A stretch of DNA of 61,871 nt from Pseudomonadota bacterium (GCA_027618655.1 JAQCEL010000003.1:1-61871); one strand, 5' to 3'. Shown: positions 31,451 to 42,357, counted from the first letter of the stretch. The notes: a model not told the origin generated them from the sequence alone. Made by a program: numbers and translations.

Positions 31451-31829
31451 CGAACCGCGACAACCGCAAAGCGCCGATGATGATCTGGACCGCACGATTG
31501 ACCAGCTTGAATTGTTACTTGAAAGTAAACGTGAGTTGCTGAAGACACAACCCGCGGATCGGCACCCCCCACCCGGGGTCGCTATTCCGAAATTAACCGA
31601 AAAGATCGTCGATATCGATCCGTCAGAATTCAAAGGAACGCGCATTCCGGCGACACCAGCTAACGTTAAGCCGTTCGAGCATAGTGCACCCCCCGGGACG
31701 ATGGCGAATGACGTAGAAATACTCGTGAACGAAAAAATGCGCAACGCATTTGAACAATTGAAAACAGACATCATCAAAGAAATTGAACGTGGCGTTAGCC
31801 AATCAATGCAACCGAATGCGTCGACGTAA
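31443..31829 (+). CDS. Hypothetical acidic/Pro-rich protein between holC and valS
   Basis: 128 aa with a GTG start overlapping the holC stop. It is co-oriented and tightly packed with its neighbours. A small hypothetical gene occupies this slot in pseudomonads. Confidence 0.55.
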   Translation: MVDEPRQPQSADDDLDRTIDQLELLLESKRELLKTQPADRHPPPGVAIPKLTEKIVDIDPSEFKGTRIPATPANVKPFEHSAPPGTMANDVEILVNEKMRNAFEQLKTDIIKEIERGVSQSMQPNAST

Positions 31830-31907
31830 ACCGCGGTGCCATTACAATCGCCGCAAACCTCTCCAGTAATAAGCAGGGAACCCAATCCGGTGCCAGATAA
31901 GTCCACG

Positions 31908-34664
31908 ATGGAAAAAACCTACGACCCACACGCCATTGAATCGAAGCGCTACGAGTATTGGGAAAACGCGGGCTATTTCCAGCCAGGGGAGATGGGTGAA
32001 CCCTATTGCATTATGTTGCCGCCGCCAAACGTCACTGGCTCATTACACATGGGTCACGCGTTTCAAGATACCTTGATGGACGCATTAACGCGCTACAAAC
32101 GAATGCAAGGGATGCGTGCGTTATGGCAATGTGGAACAGACCACGCAGGTATTGCGACGCAAATGGTCGTGGAGCGGCAACTCGCCAGAGACGGGATTTC
32201 GAGAACGTCGTTGGGCCGCGAAAAATTTATTGAAGCCGTATGGGATTGGAAAGAAGAATCAGGCGGGACTATCACCAAACAATTGCGACGCATGGGCGCA
32301 TCAATGGATTGGAGTCGAGAGCGATTTACTCTGGACGCCGAACTTTCCTATGCAGTAACGGAAGTTTTTGTTCGCTTGTATGACGAAGATTTAATTTACC
32401 GCGGCAAGCGGCTGGTTAACTGGGACCCGGTATTGTGTACCGCGATATCGGATCTGGAAGTCGTCTCCGAGGAAGAAGACGGCAAATTGTGGCATATCCG
32501 TTACCCGCTAACCGATGGGACGGGTCATGTTGTGGTGGCCACAACTAGACCGGAGACAATGCTCGGGGACAGCGCGGTGGCAGTGCATCCAAGTGATGAG
32601 CGTTATCGGCGGATCATCGGCAAATCCATCCAACTACCTTTATGCAACCGTACGATCCCGATCATTGCGGATACCTATGTCGATCCCGAATTCGGTTCGG
32701 GTTGCGTCAAAATCACCCCTGCTCACGACTTCAACGACTACGAGGTGGGCAAACGGCACGGGCTCGCGCAGATCAACGTGTTTAATGACCGAGCGGAAAT
32801 CAATGAATTAGCGCCGCTCAGCTACCAGGGTTTAGATCGCTACGTCGCAAGAGAAAAAATAGTTGCAGACCTCGAGGCGCTAAATCTTATCGCACGGATC
32901 GATGCGCACAGGCTCGTCGTACCGCGTGGCGATCGCTCGCAAGCAGTTATTGAACCGTATCTTACCGATCAGTGGTTTGTGAGGGTCGAACCACTGGCGA
33001 AGCCTGCGATCGCGGCGGTCGAAAATGGTGACATCCGCTTTATTCCTGAAAATTGGGACAAGACGTACTTCGAGTGGATGCGAAACATTGAAGATTGGTG
33101 CATCTCCAGACAACTTTGGTGGGGCCATCGCATACCCGCCTGGTATGACGACAACGGTAAAATTTATGTCGGCCATGACGAGGCTGAGGCACGTGCCCGA
33201 GGTGGACTCGATGCGACGGTGCCATTGCGCCGTGACGACGACGTGCTGGACACCTGGTTTTCCTCGGCGTTGTGGCCGTTCTCAACATTAGGCTGGCCAG
33301 AAAATACCCCAGAACTGGACACCTACTATCCCACCAGTGTACTGGTCACCGGTTTCGACATCATTTTCTTTTGGGTCGCCAGAATGATCATGATGGGCAT
33401 TAAATTCATGGGCGACGTGCCATTTAGAGAAGTGTACATCCATGGATTGGTACGTGACGCAGATGGTAATAAGATGTCTAAATCCAAGGGCAATATTCTT
33501 GACCCATTGGATCTAATCGACGGAATTCAATTAGAGCCGCTTGTTGCAAAACGGACAACCGGTCTCATGCGCCCCGAGGACGCGCAAAAAATCGAAAACG
33601 CGACTCGCCGGCAGTTCGCTGATGGAATTGGGTCATTCGGCACCGACGCGCTGCGATTTACCTTTGCCTCGATGGCGACCCAAGGGCGTGACATTCGCTT
33701 TGACCTAGGTCGGGTTGCGGGCTACCGGAATTTCTGTAACAAGATTTGGAATGCTGCGCGGTTTTCTTTATTAATGTGTGAAGGTCACGACCTCGCCGAT
33801 AACCAGAGAGCGAGCGATCTCGGCTTGGCTGAGAAATGGATCCGGTCGCGGATGCACACCGCACTTGAGCAGATCAGCGGCGGCTTTGAAGCCTATCGCT
33901 TCGATCTGGCGTCGCAAGCCATCTACGAATTTATTTGGGATGAATATTGCGATTGGTATATCGAATTGGCGAAAATTTCGCTTAACGATCCGGCAACGAG
34001 CGAGCCCCAGAAATTTTCCGTTCGACGAACTTTACTCGACATGCTTGAAACAAGTATGCGAGCGCTACACCCAGTGATGCCGTTCGTGACGGACGAAATC
34101 TGGCTCAAGGCCGCACCGCTGCTCGGCATCGACGGCGACAGCATTATGCAACAGCCGTTTCCACGAAGTGCCGAATTTACTCATGACCCGCAAACAGAAC
34201 TCGCTTTCGCATGGATCCGAAGTTTTATTCTCGGTATACGGCGTATCCGTGCAGAAAACAACATCGAGCCGAGTCGTCGTATCAAGGTACAAGTTCAGGA
34301 TGGTTCGCCTCAAGAAAGGGTGTGGTTGGAATCTCACGAAAAATATATCGAACAACTCGCACGAACCGAGACCATTGAACGAGTACTCAGCGGCGCGGGC
34401 GACGCGGCCAGTGTGATCGCTGGAGAAATGACGGTATTCGTGCCCTTGGCTGGGTTGATTGATCCGGAGGTCGAGATTCAACGTTTGGAAAAGGAGCTCG
34501 CGCGGATGCGCAAGGATCTCGAGCTATTGAGTGCAAAATTAAATAATCCGTCTTTTGTTGCGAAAGCGCCGAGCGCCGTAGTCGACAAGGAACGCGCGCG
34601 GGTTACCGAATTGCAGGACAAAATCCCGCGCGTGGAAGCCCAACTACAAAAATTTCAAGGCTGA
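31908..34664 (+). CDS. valS: Valyl-tRNA synthetase
   Basis: Contains the HIGH motif ([13 protein letters not shown]), the KMSKS motif and a C-terminal coiled coil. The likely start is MEKTYDPH at 31908. Confidence 0.96.
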   Translation: MEKTYDPHAIESKRYEYWENAGYFQPGEMGEPYCIMLPPPNVTGSLHMGHAFQDTLMDALTRYKRMQGMRALWQCGTDHAGIATQMVVERQLARDGISRTSLGREKFIEAVWDWKEESGGTITKQLRRMGASMDWSRERFTLDAELSYAVTEVFVRLYDEDLIYRGKRLVNWDPVLCTAISDLEVVSEEEDGKLWHIRYPLTDGTGHVVVATTRPETMLGDSAVAVHPSDERYRRIIGKSIQLPLCNRTIPIIADTYVDPEFGSGCVKITPAHDFNDYEVGKRHGLAQINVFNDRAEINELAPLSYQGLDRYVAREKIVADLEALNLIARIDAHRLVVPRGDRSQAVIEPYLTDQWFVRVEPLAKPAIAAVENGDIRFIPENWDKTYFEWMRNIEDWCISRQLWWGHRIPAWYDDNGKIYVGHDEAEARARGGLDATVPLRRDDDVLDTWFSSALWPFSTLGWPENTPELDTYYPTSVLVTGFDIIFFWVARMIMMGIKFMGDVPFREVYIHGLVRDADGNKMSKSKGNILDPLDLIDGIQLEPLVAKRTTGLMRPEDAQKIENATRRQFADGIGSFGTDALRFTFASMATQGRDIRFDLGRVAGYRNFCNKIWNAARFSLLMCEGHDLADNQRASDLGLAEKWIRSRMHTALEQISGGFEAYRFDLASQAIYEFIWDEYCDWYIELAKISLNDPATSEPQKFSVRRTLLDMLETSMRALHPVMPFVTDEIWLKAAPLLGIDGDSIMQQPFPRSAEFTHDPQTELAFAWIRSFILGIRRIRAENNIEPSRRIKVQVQDGSPQERVWLESHEKYIEQLARTETIERVLSGAGDAASVIAGEMTVFVPLAGLIDPEVEIQRLEKELARMRKDLELLSAKLNNPSFVAKAPSAVVDKERARVTELQDKIPRVEAQLQKFQG

Positions 34665-34685
34665 CAATGGTGTAATTCCTCGGTT

Positions 34686-34856
34686 CTATAAGCCCGCTGC
34701 TTTCAGTACGGCCTGGACGGCAAAGTATGTCAAAGCGACAAAAGTTAAAGTCGCAACGATACCGACGATGATAAATCGTCGTGGCGGACCGTGTTCGAAA
34801 TCGTGTGCTTGATTTTTTGAACTTTGCACATTAATGACCGCAGCTAAGACCCTCAT
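34686..34856 (-). CDS. Possible small single-pass membrane protein
   Basis: A 56-72 aa ORF with a C-terminal TM segment ([24 protein letters not shown]). There is no family recognition, and the evidence is only ORF plus hydrophobicity. Confidence 0.25.
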   Translation of the reverse strand: MRVLAAVINVQSSKNQAHDFEHGPPRRFIIVGIVATLTFVALTYFAVQAVLKAAGL

Positions 34857-35003
34857 AGCGACGTCGCGCAAAGAATGGGGTTTTTCGGAATCGCCGATTC
34901 GCATACTATTCTAAGCGTCCATAAGAGGATTCTTCTGGGACCTTACACTGACGTTGCGGTCGTTTACCGACGATCTCACCCTGATTTGGATTCACGACAT
35001 CCC

Positions 35004-35747
35004 ATGTTCGAACGACTAAAAGAAGATATCGATTGTGTGTTCGCTCGGGATCCGGCGGCACGCACAACCTTGGAAGTCGTTACGACCTATCCCGGGTTGC
35101 ATGCGATTTTATTGCATCGAGTGAGCCGCTGCCTGTGGGACTTAAATCTTAAATGGCTTGGCCGACTGAATTCGCACTTCGCACGATTCCTGACGGGAAT
35201 AGAAATTCACCCCGGCGCGACGATTGGGCGACGCTTCTTTATTGATCATGGCATGGGCGTTGTGATCGGGGAAACTGCCGAGATCGGCGACGATTGCACG
35301 CTTTATCACGGCGTTACCTTAGGCGGTACTAGCTGGGCAAAGGGTAAACGTCATCCGACTTTATTAAACGGGGTCGTCGTCGGCGCAGGAGCAAAAGTGC
35401 TCGGTCCAATTACTCTCGGCGAGAATTGCCGGGTGGGTTCCAATGCAGTTGTGGTCAAGAACGTCCCAGACGGCGCAACGGTCGTCGGTGTGCCTGCCCG
35501 AGTCGCCGGCGGGGAAACGGCACATCCTTCTTCAGCCGTGGATAAAGAAAAAACAACGCAGCAGCTTGGATTTGACGCTTATGGTCAAATGCGAGACGTA
35601 AACGATCCGCTAGTGCAAGCGCTTGATTCCCTTCTGGAGCATGATAAATCTTTTCAAAATCAGTTAGATGAAATCAAAGCGGCAGTGCAACTGCTGGATC
35701 TCGAACGGGCCCAGGCGGATCCAATCAGCAATCGTCATAAGAAGTGA
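35004..35747 (+). CDS. cysE: Serine O-acetyltransferase
   Basis: Left-handed beta-helix hexapeptide repeats ([44 protein letters not shown]). The cysE-iscR adjacency matches Pseudomonas. The likely start is MFERLKEDI at 35004. Confidence 0.92.
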   Translation: MFERLKEDIDCVFARDPAARTTLEVVTTYPGLHAILLHRVSRCLWDLNLKWLGRLNSHFARFLTGIEIHPGATIGRRFFIDHGMGVVIGETAEIGDDCTLYHGVTLGGTSWAKGKRHPTLLNGVVVGAGAKVLGPITLGENCRVGSNAVVVKNVPDGATVVGVPARVAGGETAHPSSAVDKEKTTQQLGFDAYGQMRDVNDPLVQALDSLLEHDKSFQNQLDEIKAAVQLLDLERAQADPISNRHKK

Positions 35748-35762
35748 ACCGCCAATCTAATT

Positions 35763-35812
35763 CTTGAGTAATTTAGTTGGTCTCTGCTATGATTCCCGAG
35801 TAATTCAGTTGG
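35763..35812 (+). promoter_or_regulatory. Two tandem IscR type-1-like boxes
   Basis: cTTGAGTAATTTAGTTGG (35763-35780) and cCCGAGTAATTCAGTTGG (35795-35812) are spaced 32 nt apart. They resemble the reverse complement of the E. coli iscR-promoter sites (..CCCGAGTAAATTGGTCAAC..). They overlap the -35 element and the likely +1 region. Confidence 0.55.
35765..35793 (+). promoter_or_regulatory. Putative sigma70 promoter of the iscR-suf operon
   Basis: -35 TTGAGT (35765-35770), a 17-nt spacer and -10 TATGAT (35788-35793). It lies 48 nt upstream of the iscR ATG. Confidence 0.45.
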
Positions 35813-35840
35813 TTTTAGTTCACTAAACAGGTCATCCCCT

Positions 35841-36305
35841 ATGCGACTTACAACCCGCGGACGGTACGCCGTCACCGCGATGCTAGATTTGGCGCTGCAC
35901 GAGCACGGCGGTCCTGTGTCACTGTCTGAAATTGCAGAACGCCAAGGCATCTCGCAATCTTATTTGGAGCAGCTATTTTCACGGCTGCGCAAGCGCGGAT
36001 TAGTTGATGGCACACGCGGACCCGGTGGTGGTTATCGCTTGATGAAGTCGACTGAACAGATTTCGGTAGCCGATGTGATCGATGCAGTCGACGAGACCGT
36101 AGACGCAACCCGCTGCGGCGGCCAACGCAATTGCCAAGGCGATCAACGCTGTCTAACTCACGATCTGTGGGCGGATTTGAGCACCCAAATTCGCGAATTC
36201 TTGGGCAACATTAGTCTCAACGAACTTGGCGGTCAAAAAGGTGTGCAAATTATCCGCCAATGGCAAGACAAGCGCTGCAACGTCGCACCGCACACGACAG
36301 TATAG
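35841..36305 (+). CDS. iscR: Fe-S cluster regulator IscR (Rrf2 family)
   Basis: Begins [18 protein letters not shown], with an HTH ([15 protein letters not shown]). The cluster ligands have the exact IscR spacing C-x5-C-x5-C-x2-H ([16 protein letters not shown]). Confidence 0.92.
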   Translation: MRLTTRGRYAVTAMLDLALHEHGGPVSLSEIAERQGISQSYLEQLFSRLRKRGLVDGTRGPGGGYRLMKSTEQISVADVIDAVDETVDATRCGGQRNCQGDQRCLTHDLWADLSTQIREFLGNISLNELGGQKGVQIIRQWQDKRCNVAPHTTV

Positions 36306-36318
36306 AGAGGAATTGGAT

Positions 36319-36675
36319 ATGTCAGTCACCCTAACGGAGCGCGCGGCAGCGCATGTTCGGAACTACCTCAAAAATGAGAATCGCGCGAAAGGATTACGAC
36401 TCGGCGTTAAGACCACCGGCTGTTCAGGCTATATGTATGTTGTGGAAACTGCAGATGATATCGGTGAGGCAGACGAAGTTTTCGAGTCGCAAGGGATTCA
36501 ACTCATTATCGATAAGGAAAATTTGAAGTTCCTTAACGGTACGCAGATCGATTTTGGCCGCGATGGACTAAATGAGGGATTTAAATTTTTGAATCCAAAC
36601 GTCAAAGAAACTTGCGGTTGCGGTGAAAGTTTTTCGCTAGAAACCGAATTCCCGCCGACGATCGATGTGCACTAG
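36319..36675 (+). CDS. sufA: A-type Fe-S carrier (SufA/IscA family)
   Basis: 118 aa beginning MSVTLTERAA, with GCSGYMY and the C-terminal CGCGESF motif. An RBS (GAGAGGAA) lies upstream of the ATG at 36319. Confidence 0.9.
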   Translation: MSVTLTERAAAHVRNYLKNENRAKGLRLGVKTTGCSGYMYVVETADDIGEADEVFESQGIQLIIDKENLKFLNGTQIDFGRDGLNEGFKFLNPNVKETCGCGESFSLETEFPPTIDVH

Positions 36676-36745
36676 TTAGTCTATTGAAAAATACTATCGC
36701 CAGCGTCGTGAAATACTTCACACGAGAACAATAAGGTAATTGAAG

Positions 36746-38194
36746 ATGGCAAGCCAGCCGCAAGACATAACCGATTTCGTCAATCGAAAATACGAAGCAG
36801 GATTTTATACTGACATCGAGCAGGACAGCGTTGCGCCCGGGCTCAATCCAGGGGTCATTGAATTCATTTCGAAAAAGAAAGGCGAACCGCAGTGGATGCT
36901 CGATTGGCGGTTGAAAGCCTATGAACGCTGGACCAAGATGGCGGAGCCGAAATGGGCTCATGTGCATTATCCGCCGATAGACCTACAGGCTATTTCGTAT
37001 TATTCGGCACCGAAATCGCAAGACGATCGCCCGAAGAGCTTAGACGAAGTCGATCCCGAACTCATCGCCACCTACGAGAAACTTGGCATCCCGCTCGAAG
37101 AACAGAAAATGCTGGCCGGCGTGGCCGTCGACATGGTTTTTGATAGTGTCTCGGTGCACACCACGTTCAAAGAAAAGCTCGCCGAAGTAGGGGTCATTTT
37201 TTGTTCGTTCTCAGAGGCCGTCATTAATCACCCAGAACTTATTCAGCGCTATTTGGGCAGCGTTGTACCTGTATCAGACAACTATTTTGCGGCGTTAAAT
37301 TCTGCCGTATTTACTGACGGTTCGTTTGTCTATATCCCGAAGAACACACGCTGTCCCATGGAACTTTCAACGTACTTTCGCATTAACGCGATGAATACCG
37401 GACAGTTCGAACGGACGCTAATCATCGCCGACAGCGGTAGTCACGTTAGTTATCTCGAAGGTTGTACTGCGCCCATGCGTGATGAAAACCAGTTACATGC
37501 TGCGGTCGTAGAGCTTGTGGCACTTGATGACGCGGAGATCAAATACTCCACGGTGCAAAATTGGTATCCCGGAGATGAAAACGGCGTTGGCGGTATTTAC
37601 AACTTTGTAACAAAACGCGGTGACTGTCGTGGTAACAATTCAAAAATATCGTGGACTCAAGTCGAAACAGGGTCCGCGATCACGTGGAAATACCCGAGCT
37701 GCATCCTGAAAGGTGACAACTCGATCGGTGAATTTTATTCAGTTGCGCTCGCAAGAAATTGTCAGCAAGCGGATACGGGAACGAAAATGGTGCACCTGGG
37801 CCGCAATACCCGGAGCACCATTATTTCTAAAGGTATTTCTGCGGATCGCGGTCAGAATGCCTATCGCGGTTTGGTGCGAATCGCGAAAGGTGCAACGAAT
37901 GCGCGAAACTATACGCAATGTGACTCGTTACTCATCGGGGATCGATCAGGAGCGCATACGTTTCCCTACGTCGAAGTAAAAAACTCTAGCGCACAAATTG
38001 AGCACGAAGCATCGACTTCAAAAATTAGTGATGACCAACTGTTCTACTTACGCCAACGAGGGATCCGCGACGAAGACGCGATCAACATGATCGTCAATGG
38101 TTTTTGCCGCGACGTTTTCAAAGAGTTACCGATGGAATTCGCAGTCGAAGCACAAAAATTGCTTAGCATTTCTCTGGAAGGTTCGATTGGCTAA
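36746..38194 (+). CDS. sufB: Fe-S cluster assembly scaffold SufB
   Basis: About 482 aa with typical SufB blocks ([10 protein letters not shown].., [40 protein letters not shown]). Confidence 0.95.
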   Translation: MASQPQDITDFVNRKYEAGFYTDIEQDSVAPGLNPGVIEFISKKKGEPQWMLDWRLKAYERWTKMAEPKWAHVHYPPIDLQAISYYSAPKSQDDRPKSLDEVDPELIATYEKLGIPLEEQKMLAGVAVDMVFDSVSVHTTFKEKLAEVGVIFCSFSEAVINHPELIQRYLGSVVPVSDNYFAALNSAVFTDGSFVYIPKNTRCPMELSTYFRINAMNTGQFERTLIIADSGSHVSYLEGCTAPMRDENQLHAAVVELVALDDAEIKYSTVQNWYPGDENGVGGIYNFVTKRGDCRGNNSKISWTQVETGSAITWKYPSCILKGDNSIGEFYSVALARNCQQADTGTKMVHLGRNTRSTIISKGISADRGQNAYRGLVRIAKGATNARNYTQCDSLLIGDRSGAHTFPYVEVKNSSAQIEHEASTSKISDDQLFYLRQRGIRDEDAINMIVNGFCRDVFKELPMEFAVEAQKLLSISLEGSIG

Positions 38195-38231
38195 GTGCAG
38201 TAAATAGTGGCGCATACGCCTGGGAAACAAC

Positions 38232-38987
38232 ATGCTCGAAATTACTAATTTACAAGTCTCGGTCGGGAAAAAACCGATTTTGAAGGGCCTCAGCCTCACC
38301 GTTAAGCCAGGCGAAGTCCACGCCATTATGGGTCCGAATGGATCGGGCAAAAGCACGCTTGCGCACGTCATCGCGGGTCGTGACGGATACAACATTACTG
38401 GTGGCAGCGTAACTTTTAATGGCAAAGATTTACTTAGCTTGGCGCCTGAAGAACGTGCGGGCGAAGGCGTGTTTCTAGCCTTTCAATATCCGGTCGAGAT
38501 ACCAGGGGTCAATAACGTTTATATGCTTAAAGCCGCGCTCAACGGGATCCGAAAATATCGCGGCGAAAAGGAACTCGATGCGATCGAATTTTTGAAGATT
38601 GTAAAAGCGAAAACCAAAGCAGTCGGCATTGACGACGGCTTGCTGAATAGACCGGTTAACATGGGATTTTCTGGCGGCGAAAAAAAGCGCAATGAAGTGT
38701 TTCAAATGAGCGTGCTTGAGCCGCACTTGGCAATCCTGGACGAGACCGACTCAGGTCTTGACATCGACGCGCTGAAAGCCGTTGGTGATGGGGTGAACCA
38801 ACTGCGCGATGGCAGTCGATCGTTTGTGGTCGTCACCCATTATCAACGCTTACTCGACTATATCGTGCCGGACTTCGTCCATGTCTTAGCTGGCGGACGA
38901 ATCGTTCGTTCAGGCGATAAGGGCTTGGCGCTCGAGTTGGAAGAGCGCGGTTACGACTGGTTAAAAGACGAAGCGAGCGTTGTATGA
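38232..38987 (+). CDS. sufC: Fe-S cluster assembly ATPase SufC
   Basis: Contains Walker A GPNGSGKSTL, the signature FSGGEKKR and Walker B ILDETDSGLD. Confidence 0.96.
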   Translation: MLEITNLQVSVGKKPILKGLSLTVKPGEVHAIMGPNGSGKSTLAHVIAGRDGYNITGGSVTFNGKDLLSLAPEERAGEGVFLAFQYPVEIPGVNNVYMLKAALNGIRKYRGEKELDAIEFLKIVKAKTKAVGIDDGLLNRPVNMGFSGGEKKRNEVFQMSVLEPHLAILDETDSGLDIDALKAVGDGVNQLRDGSRSFVVVTHYQRLLDYIVPDFVHVLAGGRIVRSGDKGLALELEERGYDWLKDEASVV

Positions 38988-40315
38988 ACTTGTTGAGCGA
39001 CCAATTGGCCGAACAATTTCAGCAACACGCAGGAACGCTACCCGGCGCTGGAAAACCGCGAGTCGCCGATTTTCGACGCGAAGCTTTTACACGCTTCGAG
39101 AAAATCGGCATGCCGACGTTGCGCCAGGAAGATTGGAAGTACACAGACATTCGCCCGTTGCGGGAATCTAATTACATTGCACTTGGCGATCACGAATCCG
39201 TCGCCTCCAACAAGCTCACCCAGGCAGACCTCCCGTTCCCAATTTTATCAAGCCACGTCGCGGTATTTCTGGATGGCATTTTCAATTCGGATTTATCATC
39301 CTTGGACACACTGCCGTGGGGCGTTACGTGCACGACCATCGCCGATTTTCTGCAACGCGATGGTGATGAAGTCGCGCCGTTTTTAAATCAATTCGATACG
39401 GCGTTCCCGGCACTAAACTGTGCACTGGTCGAAGACGGCATGCTCGTCCAAGTAGCCGCCGGGGTGAACTTTAATGAGCCTATTCAAGCACTCTATGTCA
39501 ACACGGTGTCACCTGGAGCGAGGCTAAACAGCGCACGCTTGATTATCAGCGCGAGCGCGAATAGCGAAGTGACGATAATCGAAAGCCACGCAAGCGTAGC
39601 TGGCTCAACGAACGCGACAAATGCGCTGACCGAGATCAACGCCGAAACAGGTGCAAATGTTTCTCACTACCGCATCCAAATTGACAATGCCTCCTGTCAT
39701 CACATCGGAAATGTCTACGTCGCAGTTGCTAATGATGCGTCGGTGAACACCTACTCATTTGCGTTTGGCGGTGCGATTACACGGATTGATGTGAATGCCG
39801 ACCTCATCGGCCGGGGCGCTCACGTCACGATGAATGGATTATTTATGGTCAATGACGGCCAGCACATCGATCACCATACGCGCGTACGGCATAGAGTTGG
39901 CGAGACGACGAGTAGTGAAAACTATAAAGGTATAGCGGATGGCAACGGGCGCGGCGTATTTAATGGCAAAATTCTCGTCGAGCAAGATGCGCAAAAAATT
40001 GAAGCGTTGCAATCGAGTAAGAATCTATTGTTATCTGACAACGCAGAAATTGATACGAAACCGGAGCTCGAGATCTACGCAGACGACGTTAAGTGCGCGC
40101 ATGGAGCAACCGTCGGCCAGCTGGATGAGGACGCATTTTTCTATTTACGTTCGCGCGGCATTGATGAGCAAACGGCGCGCAGCATATTAACGTTCGCGTT
40201 CGCCGCCGATATCGCTGCGAGCGTCACTGTTGCGCCGCTACGCGAGTGGTTAGAAAGAATCATCATGACCCGAACTCATGCGGCAGGAATCAATGAGATC
40301 GACGATCGTGGGTAA
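38984..40315 (+). CDS. sufD: Fe-S cluster assembly protein SufD
   Basis: 443 aa overlapping sufC by 4 nt. The beta-helix core and the C-terminal motif EIYADDVKCAHGATVGQLDEDAFFYLRSRG are present. Confidence 0.93.
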   Translation: MNLLSDQLAEQFQQHAGTLPGAGKPRVADFRREAFTRFEKIGMPTLRQEDWKYTDIRPLRESNYIALGDHESVASNKLTQADLPFPILSSHVAVFLDGIFNSDLSSLDTLPWGVTCTTIADFLQRDGDEVAPFLNQFDTAFPALNCALVEDGMLVQVAAGVNFNEPIQALYVNTVSPGARLNSARLIISASANSEVTIIESHASVAGSTNATNALTEINAETGANVSHYRIQIDNASCHHIGNVYVAVANDASVNTYSFAFGGAITRIDVNADLIGRGAHVTMNGLFMVNDGQHIDHHTRVRHRVGETTSSENYKGIADGNGRGVFNGKILVEQDAQKIEALQSSKNLLLSDNAEIDTKPELEIYADDVKCAHGATVGQLDEDAFFYLRSRGIDEQTARSILTFAFAADIAASVTVAPLREWLERIIMTRTHAAGINEIDDRG

Positions 40316-41558
40316 AGCGCAAGCACCGCAATTGAAGCTACCGTTTGACGTCGACAAGATCCGGAATGAATTTCCGATCCTGGGCGAAACCGTTAATGGC
40401 CATCGACTCGTCTATTTAGACAACGCTGCCACCACGCACAAACCGCAGGTTGTCATCGATACGATCAGTCGATACTACGAGGCGCAAAACTCAAACATTC
40501 ACCGCGGCGTCCATACCTTAAGCCAGCGCGGCACTGACGCATTTGAAAATGCCAGGCAGATCGTTCAAAAATTTATCAATGCACCAACGCCGAGCGAGAT
40601 TATTTTCACGCGCGGCACAACAGATTCTATTAATTTAGCAAGTCAATGCCTGGCGCAACTCGTACTTAATGCGGGTGACGAGATCTTAGTTTCGGAATCG
40701 GAACATCATTCGAATATTGTCCCGTGGCAAATGGTGGCCGCTCAATATGGCGCAAATTTAATTGTTGCACCGATAGATGACACTGGCGAAATCGTCATTG
40801 AAGAATTCGAAAAACGCCTCAACGCGAAAACGAAGATCGTATCAATCGGTCATATCTCCAACGCGCTAGGAACTATAAACCCGGTCAGAGAAATGACCCG
40901 GCGGGCCCATGCGATTGGTGCAAAGGTATTGATCGACGGTGCCCAATCAATCGCTCACATTGGGGTTGATGTGCAAGACCTTGAGTGTGATTTATACGCG
41001 TTCTCTGGCCATAAGGTATTCGCGCCGACTGGAATCGGCGTACTGTATGGCAAACGCGAGCTCCTCGAGGCGATGCCACCGTACCAAGGCGGCGGCGATA
41101 TGATCAAAGAAGTTCGTTTCGAACATACGGAATATAACGACGTACCGTACAAGTTCGAGGCCGGCACACCGCATATTGCTGGGGCGATTGGTCTAGGCGC
41201 AGCGCTCGAATATCTATCAACCATCGATTTTCGCGCCGCTTTAGCTCACGAGGACGAATTACTTAACTATGTGAGCGAGCGGCTTAACGACATTGACGGC
41301 GTGCGCATGATCGGCACGGCACGCGACAAAGCAGCAGTCGCGTCGTTCGTCATCGATAAGATCCATCCGCAAGATGTTGGTTTATTGTTAGACAGCCAAG
41401 GCATTGCAGTGCGAACCGGGCATCATTGTGCAATGCCCGTCATGCAGCATTTCGGCATTCCCGGAACGGTTCGCGCGTCATTGTCCATATACAACACGCG
41501 CCATGAAATTGACTACTTTATCGATGCACTATTAAAAGCCAAATCAATGCTTGCCTAA
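40278..41558 (+). CDS. sufS: Cysteine desulfurase SufS (class II)
   Basis: Contains YLDNAATT, the PLP-lysine motif SGHKVFAPTGIG and the catalytic Cys motif RTGHHCAMP. The start is uncertain; 40278, 40293 and the GTG at 40308 all overlap the end of sufD. Confidence 0.93.
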   Translation: MRQESMRSTIVGKAQAPQLKLPFDVDKIRNEFPILGETVNGHRLVYLDNAATTHKPQVVIDTISRYYEAQNSNIHRGVHTLSQRGTDAFENARQIVQKFINAPTPSEIIFTRGTTDSINLASQCLAQLVLNAGDEILVSESEHHSNIVPWQMVAAQYGANLIVAPIDDTGEIVIEEFEKRLNAKTKIVSIGHISNALGTINPVREMTRRAHAIGAKVLIDGAQSIAHIGVDVQDLECDLYAFSGHKVFAPTGIGVLYGKRELLEAMPPYQGGGDMIKEVRFEHTEYNDVPYKFEAGTPHIAGAIGLGAALEYLSTIDFRAALAHEDELLNYVSERLNDIDGVRMIGTARDKAAVASFVIDKIHPQDVGLLLDSQGIAVRTGHHCAMPVMQHFGIPGTVRASLSIYNTRHEIDYFIDALLKAKSMLA

Positions 41559-41580
41559 ATGGCAACCTAGCGAGTTTACG

Positions 41581-42144
41581 ATGAGCGAATACCCCAACTA
41601 TAAAGATCCAGTTCACCTGTCGCGCGATTGCGCAGCGATACTAATACCCGACGGCGCAGATATTACCCTAAGCGAAGGAACGGCTGTCTTTATTACCCAA
41701 GCACTTGGCGGTTCTGTCACGGTTAATGTCAACGGCAACCTCGCGCGGATTGCCGCGCACAATGTTGACGCCCTTGGTTTGGAAGTCGCGTCGCGGCCGT
41801 CAGATGATCACGTAATAGTTGGTGATGGTACGGTTGATGAGTCACTCGTATGGGACCAACTACGCACGTGCTACGACCCCGAAATTCCGATCAATATCGT
41901 CGAGCTTGGCCTGATCTATCGTTGCGCGGTGCAACCACTAGAAAGCGGCGGAAACCTAGTGGATATTGATATGACCCTCACCGCACCCGGTTGTGGGATG
42001 GGGCCGTTTCTCGTTGACGATATTGAACAAAAGTTGGCGCTCGTGCCGAACGTCGCGAAAGTGAAAGTCGAATTGGTTTTTGACCCTATTTGGAATTCCG
42101 AAATGATGTCTGATGCCGCGAGATTGGAAACCGGCCTGTATTAG
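41581..42144 (+). CDS. sufT: SufT-type Fe-S assembly protein (long DUF59 form)
   Basis: The C-terminal DUF59/MIP18 domain reads DPEIPINIVELGLIY...MTLTAPGCGMG. An N-terminal extension typical of long SufT is present. It is the last gene of the suf cluster. The ATG at 41581 is preferred over the TTG at 41551. Confidence 0.8.
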   Translation: MSEYPNYKDPVHLSRDCAAILIPDGADITLSEGTAVFITQALGGSVTVNVNGNLARIAAHNVDALGLEVASRPSDDHVIVGDGTVDESLVWDQLRTCYDPEIPINIVELGLIYRCAVQPLESGGNLVDIDMTLTAPGCGMGPFLVDDIEQKLALVPNVAKVKVELVFDPIWNSEMMSDAARLETGLY

Positions 42145-42310
42145 TCAACCGCCCTGACAATCCTGGCATTGTTAGCAGTGGACTCGGCGACAATGCGGAC
42201 CCAACCGCGCTGTTGCCCGCGTAGTCACAAGCCGTTAGTAGCAGCAGAGCGAATTGCGCGCAAATGTAACAAATCAGTTTTGCGTAAGTGATTTTCGAGG
42301 GCGCAGCCCC

Positions 42311-42329
42311 TATAATACCGCTTTTTTTT
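42311..42329 (+). promoter_or_regulatory. Consensus -10 hexamer followed by a T8 tract upstream of ndk
   Basis: TATAAT (42311-42316), then ACCGC, then TTTTTTTT (42322-42329). I found no convincing -35 element. Confidence 0.35.
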
Positions 42330-42357
42330 CAATACCTTATGAAATAATCTTAGGAGC

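Noticed and set aside
31289-31906. A 205-aa minus-strand ORF covering the holC end, the 128-aa hypothetical gene and the valS start.
   Set aside because: It opposes three co-oriented, tightly coupled plus-strand genes. It is Cys/Ser-rich with no motifs. The plus-strand reading fits the operon structure better.
34763-34781. A 7-bp stem, 5-nt loop hairpin (CGACGAT-gataa-ATCGTCG) 100 nt after valS, and a GAATCG-C-CGATTC palindrome at 34888..34900 upstream of cysE.
   Set aside because: The hairpin has no U tract on either strand. The palindrome is short. Both fall within a possible small ORF, and nothing links them to a known regulator.
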